A program made the position numbers and the translations under genes. The notes under the pieces are model-generated. The model searched no databases, was not told the origin of the DNA, and saw only the letters and a list, made by a program, of their open reading frames with translations. A stretch of 38,370 nucleotides of DNA from a virus (Duplodnaviria > Heunggongvirae > Uroviricota > Caudoviricetes): positions 1-38,370 of the IMG/VR virus record IMGVR_UViG_2645727901_000003; one strand, 5' to 3'. Positions 17,320 through 27,974 of this stretch are shown piece by piece. How positions within the stretch are numbered: the stretch's first letter is position 1; each line of letters starts with the position of its first letter.

Positions 17320-19025
17320 TACAGCCCCCGGTTAATCAGACAGGCGGCGAAAGCGCGGTACGCTTTTCCGATAGAGTCGTCACTGGCCTCTGCACGGATC
17401 GCTGCAATATTCTCCCGCATCGACGCAGCCAGGTCAGGATTGTCAGTGGCAATGTCGTTCAGCAGCGCATCACTGATATTAAATTCATTTTCCAGATCAG
17501 CGGTAGCCGCTGTTATTTCATGGTCAACATTCTGCGTATCCTGCCACACACGATCCGCACTTTCACTGACGGCGCGGGAACCTTCATCAGCCTGCCGCAC
17601 CGGATTTTGTATGCGCTGGATAGCACGCTCGCGTAGAGCTGGTTTGTGCAGATCATAGAATGGCTCAATATCAGGCGAGCGCCCTTCCATCATGTGCGCC
17701 AGTGAGCCTCGATACGCCTGCTGGTTAACGCTCCAGTCAGCCTCACGAACCGCTGCCGACGCAGTGCGCACTGCGCCAGCCACAGGCGACATCTGCATGC
17801 TTTCGCGAATCTGTTGCGCACGCTGGGCTATCAACGGCGCCAAGTCGTCAGGTATCTCTTTGCGGGACAGTTGCGCCTCTCTGCCTTTTGCCTGCTCTGC
17901 TGCAGCATTACGTTCAATCTGTTGCGTAATTTCCTGGTTACGCGCGGTGATGGCGTCTTTCTCAACCTCAATATCTCGCTGCGCCCTGGCTCGTGCTGCT
18001 TTGAATTTCATGCGTTGCGCCTGGTAATCGGTCGTGCGCTGGGCCAGAGTTGCGTCAAGTGCCTCACTTTGCCTGTTGTTGGTCACCAACTCAGTTCGCA
18101 GATCCGCAACGTTGTCAATGCTCCCTGTCTGTAGCTCCTGCTGCCTTACCATATATTCCGGCACAACATCATCATAGGCGCGGCTGTAGGCATACGCTTC
18201 CGCATCCCGCGCGATTGCCGCTGACAGATCGGCGTTGGTGCCGGACTCAGGAATATTTACGCCTGCCGGTATATTGTCAGGCGTAAACACCGGTGTTGGC
18301 TGCGCATCAGCGACAGGCTGAACGTCTTGCGAGGCAGCAGGATTTTCAACAGTACCAGCCCTGCGGGAGCGTACCACATCCGATATCAGCCCGCCGCCAG
18401 CGTGCATCAACCCGCCAGCGATGGTGTTAAAGAAGGTGCTCTCCAGCGCGTTGCCATATGTGAAGTCATCTCCTTCTGCCGCTGCTGCCTGTGCCGTCAG
18501 AGGTACGGTGGCAATAGCCTGAGCAGCGCCAAGCCGAGTACCAGTGGAAAGACGCTCACCGAAGCGCCCAAGCATAGTTGCCGCCTTTGCTTCTCCACCG
18601 AACGGGACCAGCGCCAAAGCCACGTTACCGGGATCAGCCATTGATCCTGCAAGGTTTGCGGCAAAGTTAAGCGGAGTGGCAACCCATCCAGACGGGGCAG
18701 ACATGGCGATCTGCTGCTTCGCCAGAGTTTCTCTGCGCTCGCTGATCACATGGTCGAGGAATGTTTGTGTAACACCGCCGTCAGGCACATTGATACTTTT
18801 AACGCCGTACTCTTTAAGGCGTGTTTCCGCGTCAGATTTACTGACGATGGTCGAATTTGGGTCATTTGCCAGTTGGTCGGCTTGAGAAAACCGATAACCT
18901 GACACAACAGGCCCCTCTTTGAATCCCTCTTTCAGGGAGGAAAGCAGCGATTCACCAAGCCCTGATGGGGCATTCGACAGCGGCTGGTTTATTCCCTGCC
19001 CTGGGTCATCTGTATAAATCGGCAT
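17319..19025 (-). CDS. Internal virion protein
   Basis: 568 aa, Ala/Gln-rich, translationally coupled to neighbours. Confidence 0.45.
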   Translation of the reverse strand: MPIYTDDPGQGINQPLSNAPSGLGESLLSSLKEGFKEGPVVSGYRFSQADQLANDPNSTIVSKSDAETRLKEYGVKSINVPDGGVTQTFLDHVISERRETLAKQQIAMSAPSGWVATPLNFAANLAGSMADPGNVALALVPFGGEAKAATMLGRFGERLSTGTRLGAAQAIATVPLTAQAAAAEGDDFTYGNALESTFFNTIAGGLMHAGGGLISDVVRSRRAGTVENPAASQDVQPVADAQPTPVFTPDNIPAGVNIPESGTNADLSAAIARDAEAYAYSRAYDDVVPEYMVRQQELQTGSIDNVADLRTELVTNNRQSEALDATLAQRTTDYQAQRMKFKAARARAQRDIEVEKDAITARNQEITQQIERNAAAEQAKGREAQLSRKEIPDDLAPLIAQRAQQIRESMQMSPVAGAVRTASAAVREADWSVNQQAYRGSLAHMMEGRSPDIEPFYDLHKPALRERAIQRIQNPVRQADEGSRAVSESADRVWQDTQNVDHEITAATADLENEFNISDALLNDIATDNPDLAASMRENIAAIRAEASDDSIGKAYRAFAACLINRGL

Positions 19026-19026
19026 A

Positions 19027-21648
19027 TTATCGTCCCGTCTGCTGGCCGTTCTGGATAATGTTGATCAGATTTTCACGCTGACTTTCTACCGTGTAATTCT
19101 TCGACTGGCCCGGAGTGTACTTAACCGGCGTCTGCACTAATTTGGTCAGGCTGTTCCAAGTTGTACGGTTGCCAGCGCCAAGTTTCGCGAGGTCAGCAAA
19201 CGAAACTGTAATCGGCTGCCCCTGCGCATTGTTGATCAACAGACCATTCATCATCAGCGTAAGCCCTGTTTCGTCGCTGTTGGTTACCCACTGTGCGTTA
19301 TCACGAATGCGGGAAATACTTTGCTCTCGGTTAACCTCATCCGGCAGACGGGCGTCACCGATTAGCGGCATGATCTGATCTGCTGACAGATTCTTCAGGT
19401 ACACGTTAGCGCCGTCATTAACGTCACGAATATCATGCCCGGCGTTGTTAGGCATACGCCAGGTGCCATTGGTCTGATACTGCTCACCGAGAACGTCCTG
19501 ATATGCCTGTTTTGCTGCATCGCCAGGCGACATGCCGCGCTGCATATAGGTGTAGGTCAGGCGTTTACCCTGATCGTTGAAGTTGTTCCACACGGCAGAC
19601 CCGCCAGGCTGTACAACCATCGTCCCGGCAAAATCTTTTGCCTGGTCATTCCAAGATGAATCAGCGCTGTCGGCGTCTGTCTTCTCAAAGCTGCCGCGCA
19701 GGTCAGAAGTTTTAACACTGCGGTTTTGCCAGAGCGCGTTGGCGGCCCGAGGATTATTGGTCGCCATGATGACTTGAAGCGCTGGATATGCGCTTTTCTG
19801 CACCTGCTGCATAACCTGATCGGAGTATTTTCCGAACGACTGCGCCACCGACTGAATGGCGGTTACGCTTGATTCTTTATTGTTATCGATCTGAGAAATG
19901 AGGTTGTTAACCATGGCGTCAGGAAGTACCTTCTTACTATTGATACCAAGGCGGTCTTTCTCTGCTTGCAGACGGGAAACCAGATATTCACCTGATGCCT
20001 GGTTGTTCTGATATTGCTCAAAGGCGTTTTTCACCACCGGCGAGTTGGCTTGTAGCCACGTACCCGGGTCGGACTCGCGCGCTTTAATTACCTGATTCAG
20101 TTTGGCCTGCGCAGTTGCGTACAAGCTCTGCTTAAATTTAAAGTCAGGGTCATCTTCCTGCGGCACCATAGACTGCACCGCAGCGATACCCTGCTGCGCA
20201 GACCCCTGAACAATGGATTGATATACCGGTTGCAGCGTCATCGCCTGCTGATATTGCTGGAATGACTCGCGCATCTGAATGCGCTCCGCCGGGCTTGCCT
20301 GCAACGGCATGACCGCCAGCCACTCACGTTCCGAGATCGGGTTAACTTTCTGTCCTGACTCTAATTTAGCAAGGTCATCCTGCATGCGGCTTTGCAATGA
20401 CACGCGACCAGCTGCGGCTTGCATATCGTACATGCCTGCCACTTTGCTCATCATCGCTGATTTGTTCTGCGGACTCATCGCATCCCAGAAAGGCTGATTG
20501 ATGAGGTTTTCCATCGTAGCAGTTCCTGGTATCGCCGGAGCGCTGCCGGTTACTTTCGCGACATAGTTGCGAGTTTCATCATAAGGGATTGCCGCAGCGA
20601 ATTGCTCATTGCTCACCGCACCAGTACGCGGGTCGCCAAACTGCTTTATCCATCCATCAACCGCACCTGGCCCAGCGTTATACGCCGCCACCGCCAGTAC
20701 AGGATTATTGTCATACTTCTTCATCTGCGCGCCGAAGTAGGCTTGACCAAGCTTCGCATTGTAGCGCGTATCGTTCAGCCACTTATCACGATCCCACGGT
20801 ACGCCAGCCAGTCGTGCTGCTTCCGGCCCCGTATCCTCCATCACCTGCGCCACCCCTACTGCACCTTTCGGAGATACCAGTGGTAAACCGTCTTTGCCAT
20901 ACTGATTACCTCCGGATTCCAGCCAGATCATCGCGGAAAAAAGCTGCGATTCGCTCGGAGTGTCGGTAACTTCGATCTTACCTTCCGGCCCCATGATTTG
21001 CTGATAGGTTGGTGTATACCATGCTTCGCTGGCGCGGTTGGCGGCCTGCTCACGCCACTGCACGAAATTAGACTCTATTTCCTCATCGCTCTGTCCGTGG
21101 GCTTTCCCATAAGCGATAATAGAATTACGAGCATTCATCAATGCAGGAACAAACAGACCAGGAGAAATCGCCTGCTGTGCCAGCGAACGTAACGTTCCCT
21201 CCTGCATACCTGCTTCGTACTGACGCACCTGCCCAACTTCATGGCGAACAGCGGTCGTCTTGAACTGGATTCTCTGCTGCTGTGCCTGCTGAAGAAACGC
21301 ATTTCGCGCCTGCTCATCCGGCAGGCTTGCTGCAATGCTCTGCGCCTGAGAATCAAACTGCTGCACGTACTCCTGCCCCTTGCCGATCGCGTTCTTCCCT
21401 TGCAGATTCATGAATCCTGAATCAGGGTTATTTAGCAGATCGTTGCCAACCGCATTCAGTTGAAGAGTTGCCTCTTGGGTAAGTGCCACATTTGCCCGTT
21501 GCTTGGCCTCTCCAAATACGTTGATGGCTTTGCTGCCAGCGTCGACGATAGCATCACCAATGTTTGGCTGATCTAATGCCTGAAAACCAGGAGACTGAAA
21601 CCCCCTGCTTTCGACCTGACGACCGGTGACTGTTGGTACTGTTGGCAT
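19027..21648 (-). CDS. Internal virion protein with lytic transglycosylase (SLT) domain
   Basis: 873 aa; MIWLESGGNQ catalytic-Glu motif and AAYNAGPGAV. Confidence 0.7.
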   Translation of the reverse strand: MPTVPTVTGRQVESRGFQSPGFQALDQPNIGDAIVDAGSKAINVFGEAKQRANVALTQEATLQLNAVGNDLLNNPDSGFMNLQGKNAIGKGQEYVQQFDSQAQSIAASLPDEQARNAFLQQAQQQRIQFKTTAVRHEVGQVRQYEAGMQEGTLRSLAQQAISPGLFVPALMNARNSIIAYGKAHGQSDEEIESNFVQWREQAANRASEAWYTPTYQQIMGPEGKIEVTDTPSESQLFSAMIWLESGGNQYGKDGLPLVSPKGAVGVAQVMEDTGPEAARLAGVPWDRDKWLNDTRYNAKLGQAYFGAQMKKYDNNPVLAVAAYNAGPGAVDGWIKQFGDPRTGAVSNEQFAAAIPYDETRNYVAKVTGSAPAIPGTATMENLINQPFWDAMSPQNKSAMMSKVAGMYDMQAAAGRVSLQSRMQDDLAKLESGQKVNPISEREWLAVMPLQASPAERIQMRESFQQYQQAMTLQPVYQSIVQGSAQQGIAAVQSMVPQEDDPDFKFKQSLYATAQAKLNQVIKARESDPGTWLQANSPVVKNAFEQYQNNQASGEYLVSRLQAEKDRLGINSKKVLPDAMVNNLISQIDNNKESSVTAIQSVAQSFGKYSDQVMQQVQKSAYPALQVIMATNNPRAANALWQNRSVKTSDLRGSFEKTDADSADSSWNDQAKDFAGTMVVQPGGSAVWNNFNDQGKRLTYTYMQRGMSPGDAAKQAYQDVLGEQYQTNGTWRMPNNAGHDIRDVNDGANVYLKNLSADQIMPLIGDARLPDEVNREQSISRIRDNAQWVTNSDETGLTLMMNGLLINNAQGQPITVSFADLAKLGAGNRTTWNSLTKLVQTPVKYTPGQSKNYTVESQRENLINIIQNGQQTGR

Positions 21649-21660
21649 TTCTATGTCTCC

Positions 21661-22203
21661 TTATCGACCGGTTGGTGTACCGATAGCGACACTAATTGGT
21701 GCTGGGGTGCTTTGTGTGAACGGGTTCCATTCACCACCACCAATCCTATAAGCACCATACGCATTAAGCGGAGCAGTCAGCAGCGTAGTAAATGCCCCCA
21801 TATTCCCCTGCTTGCGTGCTGAGTTGGCCTGAGCTTTGTAGTTTTCAGCCTGAACCTGAAAGCCATACGCTTCACGCTGAGCGTTATTCACCGTAGTCAG
21901 TGCATCCAGCGCGCCAAACTGCGCTGTATCGCCGAAGATATCCAGCGCTCCACCAGTGGATAGATCTGCACCTGTAGCGCCCATGGTTGCCGCCTGGGTG
22001 CCAGCGGCCTGACGATTACGGCGACGAACCTCATCAGCCTGAGCGTTGCCACGGTTGATAGAATCCTGTGCCTGTGCCGTGGCCACTTCTGCATTCTGCT
22101 CTGCAACAGCAGATGAATACTTACCTTGCTGGTACTGGTTGTATGCTGAAACGCCACTTAAAGCGACACTGGCGCCAGCAAGAGCGATAGCCGGGCTGCA
22201 CAT
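21661..22203 (-). CDS. Virion structural protein (Ala/Gly-rich)
   Basis: 180 aa, low complexity, late operon. Confidence 0.4.
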   Translation of the reverse strand: MCSPAIALAGASVALSGVSAYNQYQQGKYSSAVAEQNAEVATAQAQDSINRGNAQADEVRRRNRQAAGTQAATMGATGADLSTGGALDIFGDTAQFGALDALTTVNNAQREAYGFQVQAENYKAQANSARKQGNMGAFTTLLTAPLNAYGAYRIGGGEWNPFTQSTPAPISVAIGTPTGR

Positions 22204-22667
22204 TATTTTCTCTCCATGTGGAAACGGTGAAACGGTAGGTTATTAATGCCGTATGGCTGAGGCTCATCAATGGTGAATCCCAGCCAGTGAAGCCAGATGC
22301 GTGCAGTGTGGTTACGCGCATCAACATAATTTTCAAGATACGGATAAACGGTCAGCATTGCATTGACCACTTTTCCGCAGCGGCGAAGGAAAGTACGCTG
22401 GTATTTTTCCAGCGCGTCAGTGCCCACCAGCCACGGAATACCGCTGCCGCCGATCATCGATGCTGGTGCTACGCCAAAGACAGTCACCACTTCACCGTTA
22501 ATCAATCCGGCACAGCAAAATGTTGACGTGCGCAGACCAGTTTCCAGCACGCAGCGCGGACTCCATCCATTGGTTGCCAGAAACTCGTCAATATCTGCCT
22601 GGCGGACATGCGGAAGAATTGATTCGATATGCTCTGCGGTGGCCGGTACGATATGAGCGTTAATCAT
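22203..22667 (-). CDS. Virion-associated protein, function unknown
   Basis: 154 aa, coupled to flanking structural genes. Confidence 0.35.
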   Translation of the reverse strand: MINAHIVPATAEHIESILPHVRQADIDEFLATNGWSPRCVLETGLRTSTFCCAGLINGEVVTVFGVAPASMIGGSGIPWLVGTDALEKYQRTFLRRCGKVVNAMLTVYPYLENYVDARNHTARIWLHWLGFTIDEPQPYGINNLPFHRFHMERK

Positions 22668-25144
22668 CAGAAGCCTCCGACGGTAAGGCGAGGAAGAACA
22701 GCCAGCACTGACAGAGGCAAAGGATCAAGTTGGCGGACCTTAACGCGTCCGTTTTTATCCCAGTTGCTGTCGAGTTTTACTTCCACCTTCCCAGTAGCGT
22801 CATCAACAGGATCGTCGTAGAACTCAAATTCCCGCTGCGGATATTCATACCAAGTTCCGCCCGGAGTTGTTGCCCATATGCCCCGACTTGCGTTGACCAC
22901 CATCGTTACAGTAGGAATGACCTGCTTTTTATCCAGCAGTGTTTCCTGCCCGTTGATATTGATGTCCAGCGTTTCGAATTCAGCGGTGATAGGCAGACCG
23001 ATGTGCACAACTGCGCCTGGTGATTCCAGCGTGACAGAGCCACCAGTTACTGTTTTCTGTGGTTCAACGCTGGCATCTGACAGGATGTTTACCGTTTGCC
23101 CTTCGAGGTGAGAAAGGCCGCCGAACGTCTGTCGGGCCATCTGCCAGTTAGTTGTTGGCACGTTGCGAAGTATCTCCGGAACGTTGCGATTGAATCGGAC
23201 GGTAACTGCGGTATTGCTTGTTACCGAGATGATATCGCCGCGCAGCTCTTTAGCCACCGGTTCGTTGGTGTCTGGATCCGTCTCTGAGTACGGGAACTGG
23301 ATCTGAGCACCTACGTCAGTGTTAACGAAATACGCTCCACCACTCACAGTAACCGGATAATCAACCTTATAACTCCAGTCTCCGGTGCCACCGCTGATAG
23401 TCATAGTGCGGGATGATGTGTTGCGCCCGTCGTAGCTCAGACCACAGTCGACAAAGAATGCGTCCTCATCGTTGGTGAACAGGCGACTGGAAAGGCGCTC
23501 GATGTAACGCACAGTCTGCCCATTAATAGTACGGTTAACCACGAAGTAAACAGCATCCTCGCTGCCTTCACTGATGGAGCAGGTGCTTTCGTACTTTCCG
23601 GTGCTGGATTGCGGTGCCCAGGCAAACACCTGCTGATCACGCAGATAGGTCAACACCAGCAACTTGCCGTCATCACGAATGCAGAACGCGCTGCTGTACG
23701 GCACGATGCAGAATGACCAGTCAACAATGCTGTGTTTCTGGAAAAGGTGGTTTGCCAGTATGGTCAGGTCCGTACCCTGGTACCCGTCAACATCGAAGGA
23801 ATATGCCAGATCTCGCACCACGCTGCCTTTTTCCTGAATGAACAACGCGATGTTTGCCACGGCGATAGGTGGCACGTTACTGGATCCGTTATTTCCCTGA
23901 GAGCTGAACGAGAACGCTGACGGCGTGAGAACCTTATTCTGGTCCCCAGATATCGTATATTCCCCGCCTGAAGTCAGAGCGACCAGGTTACCAACGTCAA
24001 TAAGATGACGGATCTCATTCACCTGCCGCCCGGCGTAGGTGTATATAATGCGGTCATCATCCTGAATCGGGTTGTTCTTGCCGAAGTCCTTATAATCGCC
24101 GGTACGGCTTGCCCAGATTGTTTGCGGGTACGCGGTAGACGCGGCAAAGTACAGGCGCTGCTGGTAGTAAACAACAGTGCTCGGATAGCCGTTGACGCTG
24201 TTCCACGCGTATTTCGCCCACTTATAGCTGGCGTTAGTGGACCCAACCACCTGAGAAGGAATGAATGAAACCACATCGGCAGTTGCTGTCAGTCCATCAC
24301 CAGCCACCGCTGTGATTCTGGAAATGCCAAAACCGCTGTGCAGGTACTCCCACTGGATCCCGGTATCATCTGAACCGGTACCGCCCCAGCCATCCCACGA
24401 CATTCCCTCGGTATGCGAAGGGCGAAGTGTTCCGGTCTTGCCAGCAGTATTGGCGCGGTAGTAGTTGCTGTCTGCACGACGAACATCATTGATTGCCGTG
24501 GTCTTGCTGGTTTCCCATACCGGTACGGAATCAATAGCAGGCTGCTCGAGATAGAACAGTTTTCCGACCTGCTCAGCACCGAAGATGGCAGAACTTGCCG
24601 TCAACGTAATGGTTCCGGTGCTGGCGCTGGAGTATACCTTCACTGTCTCGTCAACGTTAATATCTTCGAACGGTCCGTTTTTTGTGGTGACGTCGACGAT
24701 CTGCCAGTTGTCGTGCGCGTAGCGGCGCAGTTCTTTCGGCGGGTATGCAGGATGCACCAGCGTCAGAACGTCAGCGCTCTGCGTGAATTTTATGCGGAAA
24801 AGGTCGGTATCAGCATACGGCATTGCCAGCTCATAAATCACGTTGCTGGTCGTCAGAACATAAGCACCGTCTTTAATGACGCGCATATAGTTATGACCGA
24901 ACTCAAGCGCGTAGGTCTGGACTGTCGAGAACTGAAACGGGATTAACCGGCACTTGCGATCAGGATATTTAGCTGGGCCAACAAAGCGCGTACCGGGTCT
25001 GTTCTCGACACCGCCATACTGACGAACAATGAAGTTATCACACTTGCGAAGCGCCACCTGATACTTTGACATATCAATGCGGCCGTACAGTGACGGACCA
25101 ATTTCACCACCGGCAAAGCTCGGTTGAATCCAGCTAAAAGCCAT
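22667..25144 (-). CDS. Large tail protein (tail tube/nozzle-like)
   Basis: 825 aa, position between adaptor-like and internal proteins. Confidence 0.4.
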   Translation of the reverse strand: MAFSWIQPSFAGGEIGPSLYGRIDMSKYQVALRKCDNFIVRQYGGVENRPGTRFVGPAKYPDRKCRLIPFQFSTVQTYALEFGHNYMRVIKDGAYVLTTSNVIYELAMPYADTDLFRIKFTQSADVLTLVHPAYPPKELRRYAHDNWQIVDVTTKNGPFEDINVDETVKVYSSASTGTITLTASSAIFGAEQVGKLFYLEQPAIDSVPVWETSKTTAINDVRRADSNYYRANTAGKTGTLRPSHTEGMSWDGWGGTGSDDTGIQWEYLHSGFGISRITAVAGDGLTATADVVSFIPSQVVGSTNASYKWAKYAWNSVNGYPSTVVYYQQRLYFAASTAYPQTIWASRTGDYKDFGKNNPIQDDDRIIYTYAGRQVNEIRHLIDVGNLVALTSGGEYTISGDQNKVLTPSAFSFSSQGNNGSSNVPPIAVANIALFIQEKGSVVRDLAYSFDVDGYQGTDLTILANHLFQKHSIVDWSFCIVPYSSAFCIRDDGKLLVLTYLRDQQVFAWAPQSSTGKYESTCSISEGSEDAVYFVVNRTINGQTVRYIERLSSRLFTNDEDAFFVDCGLSYDGRNTSSRTMTISGGTGDWSYKVDYPVTVSGGAYFVNTDVGAQIQFPYSETDPDTNEPVAKELRGDIISVTSNTAVTVRFNRNVPEILRNVPTTNWQMARQTFGGLSHLEGQTVNILSDASVEPQKTVTGGSVTLESPGAVVHIGLPITAEFETLDININGQETLLDKKQVIPTVTMVVNASRGIWATTPGGTWYEYPQREFEFYDDPVDDATGKVEVKLDSNWDKNGRVKVRQLDPLPLSVLAVLPRLTVGGF

Positions 25145-25749
25145 TATGACAACCTCGCTGCTGTGAACTCATCTACCGGCGGTTGTGGCTCCTGGGATTC
25201 ATTCTGGCTATGTGAGCCAGCACTCAGGATCACGCGGTTGTACATCGTCAGTGCGTTGTTACCGAGATCTGCGCTACCGGTCAGCGCCATATTGATAGCA
25301 GCAGCCAGACGCCAGGAAAGCGCCTCCATAAAAATGGCGTCATACATATTGACGTCAGTAACCCGCGCCACGTATTTCAACCACGCTTTCGGCTGATCGG
25401 TGTAAATGAGCTTACCTGTCAGATCCTCATTGGAACCGACAACATATTCAATGCGCTGCGCAGCCGTAGGATTGCGTATGCCTGTCGGCATGATCTCGGT
25501 TATACGCACGCAATCAGATGGGTACTGATAAGCGTATTGCCAGTCAGGCGGCGGATTATTGGTATCGGCCAGCGCCACGCGCTTGGTAGCAAAGTTCCAG
25601 TCGAAATCAGCCAGAGCAGCATCGCGGCAAGCGTCAAAGTGCAGTGAGCACTGTCCGGCCTCTTTACTGGCTTCATTCAGACTGTTAATGCTGCGGCTGT
25701 TGCCGATATTGCTCAGCGCGCGGTTGCAGATCTCGATAACGGAGGCCAT
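25144..25749 (-). CDS. Tail adaptor / tubular protein A-like
   Basis: 201 aa, synteny only. Confidence 0.35.
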   Translation of the reverse strand: MASVIEICNRALSNIGNSRSINSLNEASKEAGQCSLHFDACRDAALADFDWNFATKRVALADTNNPPPDWQYAYQYPSDCVRITEIMPTGIRNPTAAQRIEYVVGSNEDLTGKLIYTDQPKAWLKYVARVTDVNMYDAIFMEALSWRLAAAINMALTGSADLGNNALTMYNRVILSAGSHSQNESQEPQPPVDEFTAARLS

Positions 25750-26087
25750 TAATCATCCTCCCCGCCGTAGAGAGTTTGCGCTGCTGACTTCGGTTGCTCG
25801 CCGGATACTGGACTTAGCGCCATATCAGTGATCTGCAGGCTGGCGTTATGCTGCATTCCATCTTCCGTTTCGCGGGTGGATGTTGAGCGAATAGTTGCCT
25901 TTGCGGTGATCATTACTTCAGTGCCAGCAGATTGAGGAGTTGCCTTGAGTTTGGCGAGCGTCTCGTTGTTCAACTCAATGCAAAGGCCCCACGGATAATC
26001 ATCACGAGTCTGGGTTTTACCATCCTCATCCTGATAAGTGTCGGTGCCGGTTTTGAGGTTTACCAGATCCATAACGGACTCCTGCAA
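25749..26087 (-). CDS. Head-tail associated protein
   Basis: 112 aa, synteny. Confidence 0.3.
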   Translation of the reverse strand: MQESVMDLVNLKTGTDTYQDEDGKTQTRDDYPWGLCIELNNETLAKLKATPQSAGTEVMITAKATIRSTSTRETEDGMQHNASLQITDMALSPVSGEQPKSAAQTLYGGEDD

Positions 26088-26123
26088 GAAGGGGGCCGAA
26101 GCCCCCTGTTTGATTAGCGAGGC

Positions 26124-26468
26124 TTAGACGCCCAGTTCTTTACGCTTATCTGCGATCTTCTCGCGGAGCGTTTCGGCTTTGGCGTTGTGATGCGGTTTCT
26201 CGTTGAAGAGGAACTCATACTCTTCGCGGAGTTTATCCAGACCATCATCAGCGCTATCCGCATCGTTCAGCGGCTCATGCTCAGCAACGACAACCGTTGG
26301 TTCGCCTTTGTGCTTTGCTTTAGCCTTTGCTGCACGTGCAGCATCGTTCAGCGGCTCCAGCGCCGTGCCCGGCTCACCGTCATACTCAACTTCAGAGCCT
26401 TCAGGCCATAGGTTGTTATGAATGTGTGATAAACGCAGGACTCGGTATCTTGCTTTTTCACCTGACAT
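26124..26468 (-). CDS. Structural protein, unknown function
   Basis: 114 aa, acidic, late operon. Confidence 0.3.
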   Translation of the reverse strand: MSGEKARYRVLRLSHIHNNLWPEGSEVEYDGEPGTALEPLNDAARAAKAKAKHKGEPTVVVAEHEPLNDADSADDGLDKLREEYEFLFNEKPHHNAKAETLREKIADKRKELGV

Positions 26469-26478
26469 CGATATCCCC

Positions 26479-26919
26479 TTAGCCAGTCACTTTTGAACGA
26501 ATCGGGTAGTACGGGCTGTTGTTATCAACATCCAGGTTAATTCCCGAGGTGAACGCGCCAGCTGTCAGTGGGCCAGTACCTACCGTGTAGTTCACGCGCA
26601 GATAACGCTGAACACCAGCAGGAACCTTCGCAGAGAACAGGCGCTTGCCAGCAGTCAACGCAGCAAGTGCCAAAGCACCGCTATCGTAGATAGTGGTCCA
26701 GGTGGAGTTGTCCGGGCTGGTCTGTAGTTGAACGTTAAGAGTCGCAGCACCGGCAGCGGTCGCAGTGGTGTCAACGGTTGCCCAGAACTCCAGCGGATAA
26801 CCCACACCGATATCGCGGCGGGTGCCGTCGATAGGTCCAAGGTCAATCACATCCGTAGAAGCAGCAGAAGCTGTAACCGCCTGCTTCTCGGAGAACATCA
26901 ACAGTTTGTCGAGGATCAT
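26479..26919 (-). CDS. Putative capsid decoration/stabilising protein
   Basis: 146 aa, immediately downstream of major capsid gene. Confidence 0.35.
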   Translation of the reverse strand: MILDKLLMFSEKQAVTASAASTDVIDLGPIDGTRRDIGVGYPLEFWATVDTTATAAGAATLNVQLQTSPDNSTWTTIYDSGALALAALTAGKRLFSAKVPAGVQRYLRVNYTVGTGPLTAGAFTSGINLDVDNNSPYYPIRSKVTG

Positions 26920-26970
26920 TTTCTTTCTCCATTCATGGGCCGGTTAAGGCCCATTAGTTAATGACAGGCG

Positions 26971-27957
26971 TTAAACAACGCGCGCTTCTGTTTCCAGAAT
27001 CGCATCGGTTTCACGGATTGGGATGCCACGGAAAGTGGTCCACCATTCGCCCTCAGTCTCTTTGACGGACAGAGCCAGAGAAGCTTTATCCAGAGATTGC
27101 AGATCGAGTGCCTGAGCAACTGTGCGGTTCATGTAGAAAGCCGCTCGGCCCATCTTCAGGTTAGGAACGCGGTGAAGTGCTTTAACCATCATCGTGACGA
27201 TGTTTGCAGCAGAAGCTGGAACAGACAGATCGCTCACATCGATGTTGGCGATGCGAACAACGTAGCGCCAGTCGCGCAGGGCCAGACCGTTATCCCACTT
27301 GTAGTGGGTCCGGTACCCCTGGTATTTACCACCAGCGGCATCGATAAGAGTCTGTTCGCCAAGGTTCTGAGTCTGCAATCCTGCCTTCTGGCCTTTAGGG
27401 AAGATGCCGTGAACGGTGTTTTCACCCCACACCACCAGCCAGATAGAAGTGTTATCGGTGCCGGTACCGCCAGCATCGATGATGTTCTGCCCGTTTCCTG
27501 CTGATTTGCTTGAGTAACGCGAAGACAGGCCCATGAACTGCTGGGGGTTAACGCTGGTATCACCATAGAACAGTGTCTGAGCCATCTGCTGGTTCATGCC
27601 TTCGATGAATGCACGGTCTTCAGACAGGCGAAATTCAGCGGTGTTGCCGTTCAAATCTGCCAGTGACTTGTCAACTTCGGCATAAGTTTCCAGCATCCCG
27701 CAGGAGTCGGTTACCTGTACTGTAGTTGATTTGCTTGGCTGCACGCCGTAGTTAAGCAAACGCCAGGTAGCAGATGGCAAACCAGAGCGCACGGTAGTAC
27801 GGTGGCCGGTTGGCAGGTTACCCTCAACGAACATCATGTCCGTCAGGATTTCGTTGGTTTGGGAAAGGAGTTCGACGATCTTATCGACCTTCCCGTTTGG
27901 ATCAGTACGCTTAGCCCAGTCAGCCAGCGTCAGCGCATTTACGCCTTTAACAGTCAT
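26971..27957 (-). CDS. Major capsid protein
   Basis: 328 aa, follows scaffold gene. Confidence 0.65.
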   Translation of the reverse strand: MTVKGVNALTLADWAKRTDPNGKVDKIVELLSQTNEILTDMMFVEGNLPTGHRTTVRSGLPSATWRLLNYGVQPSKSTTVQVTDSCGMLETYAEVDKSLADLNGNTAEFRLSEDRAFIEGMNQQMAQTLFYGDTSVNPQQFMGLSSRYSSKSAGNGQNIIDAGGTGTDNTSIWLVVWGENTVHGIFPKGQKAGLQTQNLGEQTLIDAAGGKYQGYRTHYKWDNGLALRDWRYVVRIANIDVSDLSVPASAANIVTMMVKALHRVPNLKMGRAAFYMNRTVAQALDLQSLDKASLALSVKETEGEWWTTFRGIPIRETDAILETEARVV

Positions 27958-27974
27958 GGTTATATCCTCTCTTA

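Noticed and set aside
14912-21356. Numerous plus-strand ORFs (60-287 aa) lying inside the large minus-strand structural genes
   Set aside because: Fully antisense to long well-supported genes, with Ser/Arg/Cys-rich low-complexity translations; typical antisense artefacts
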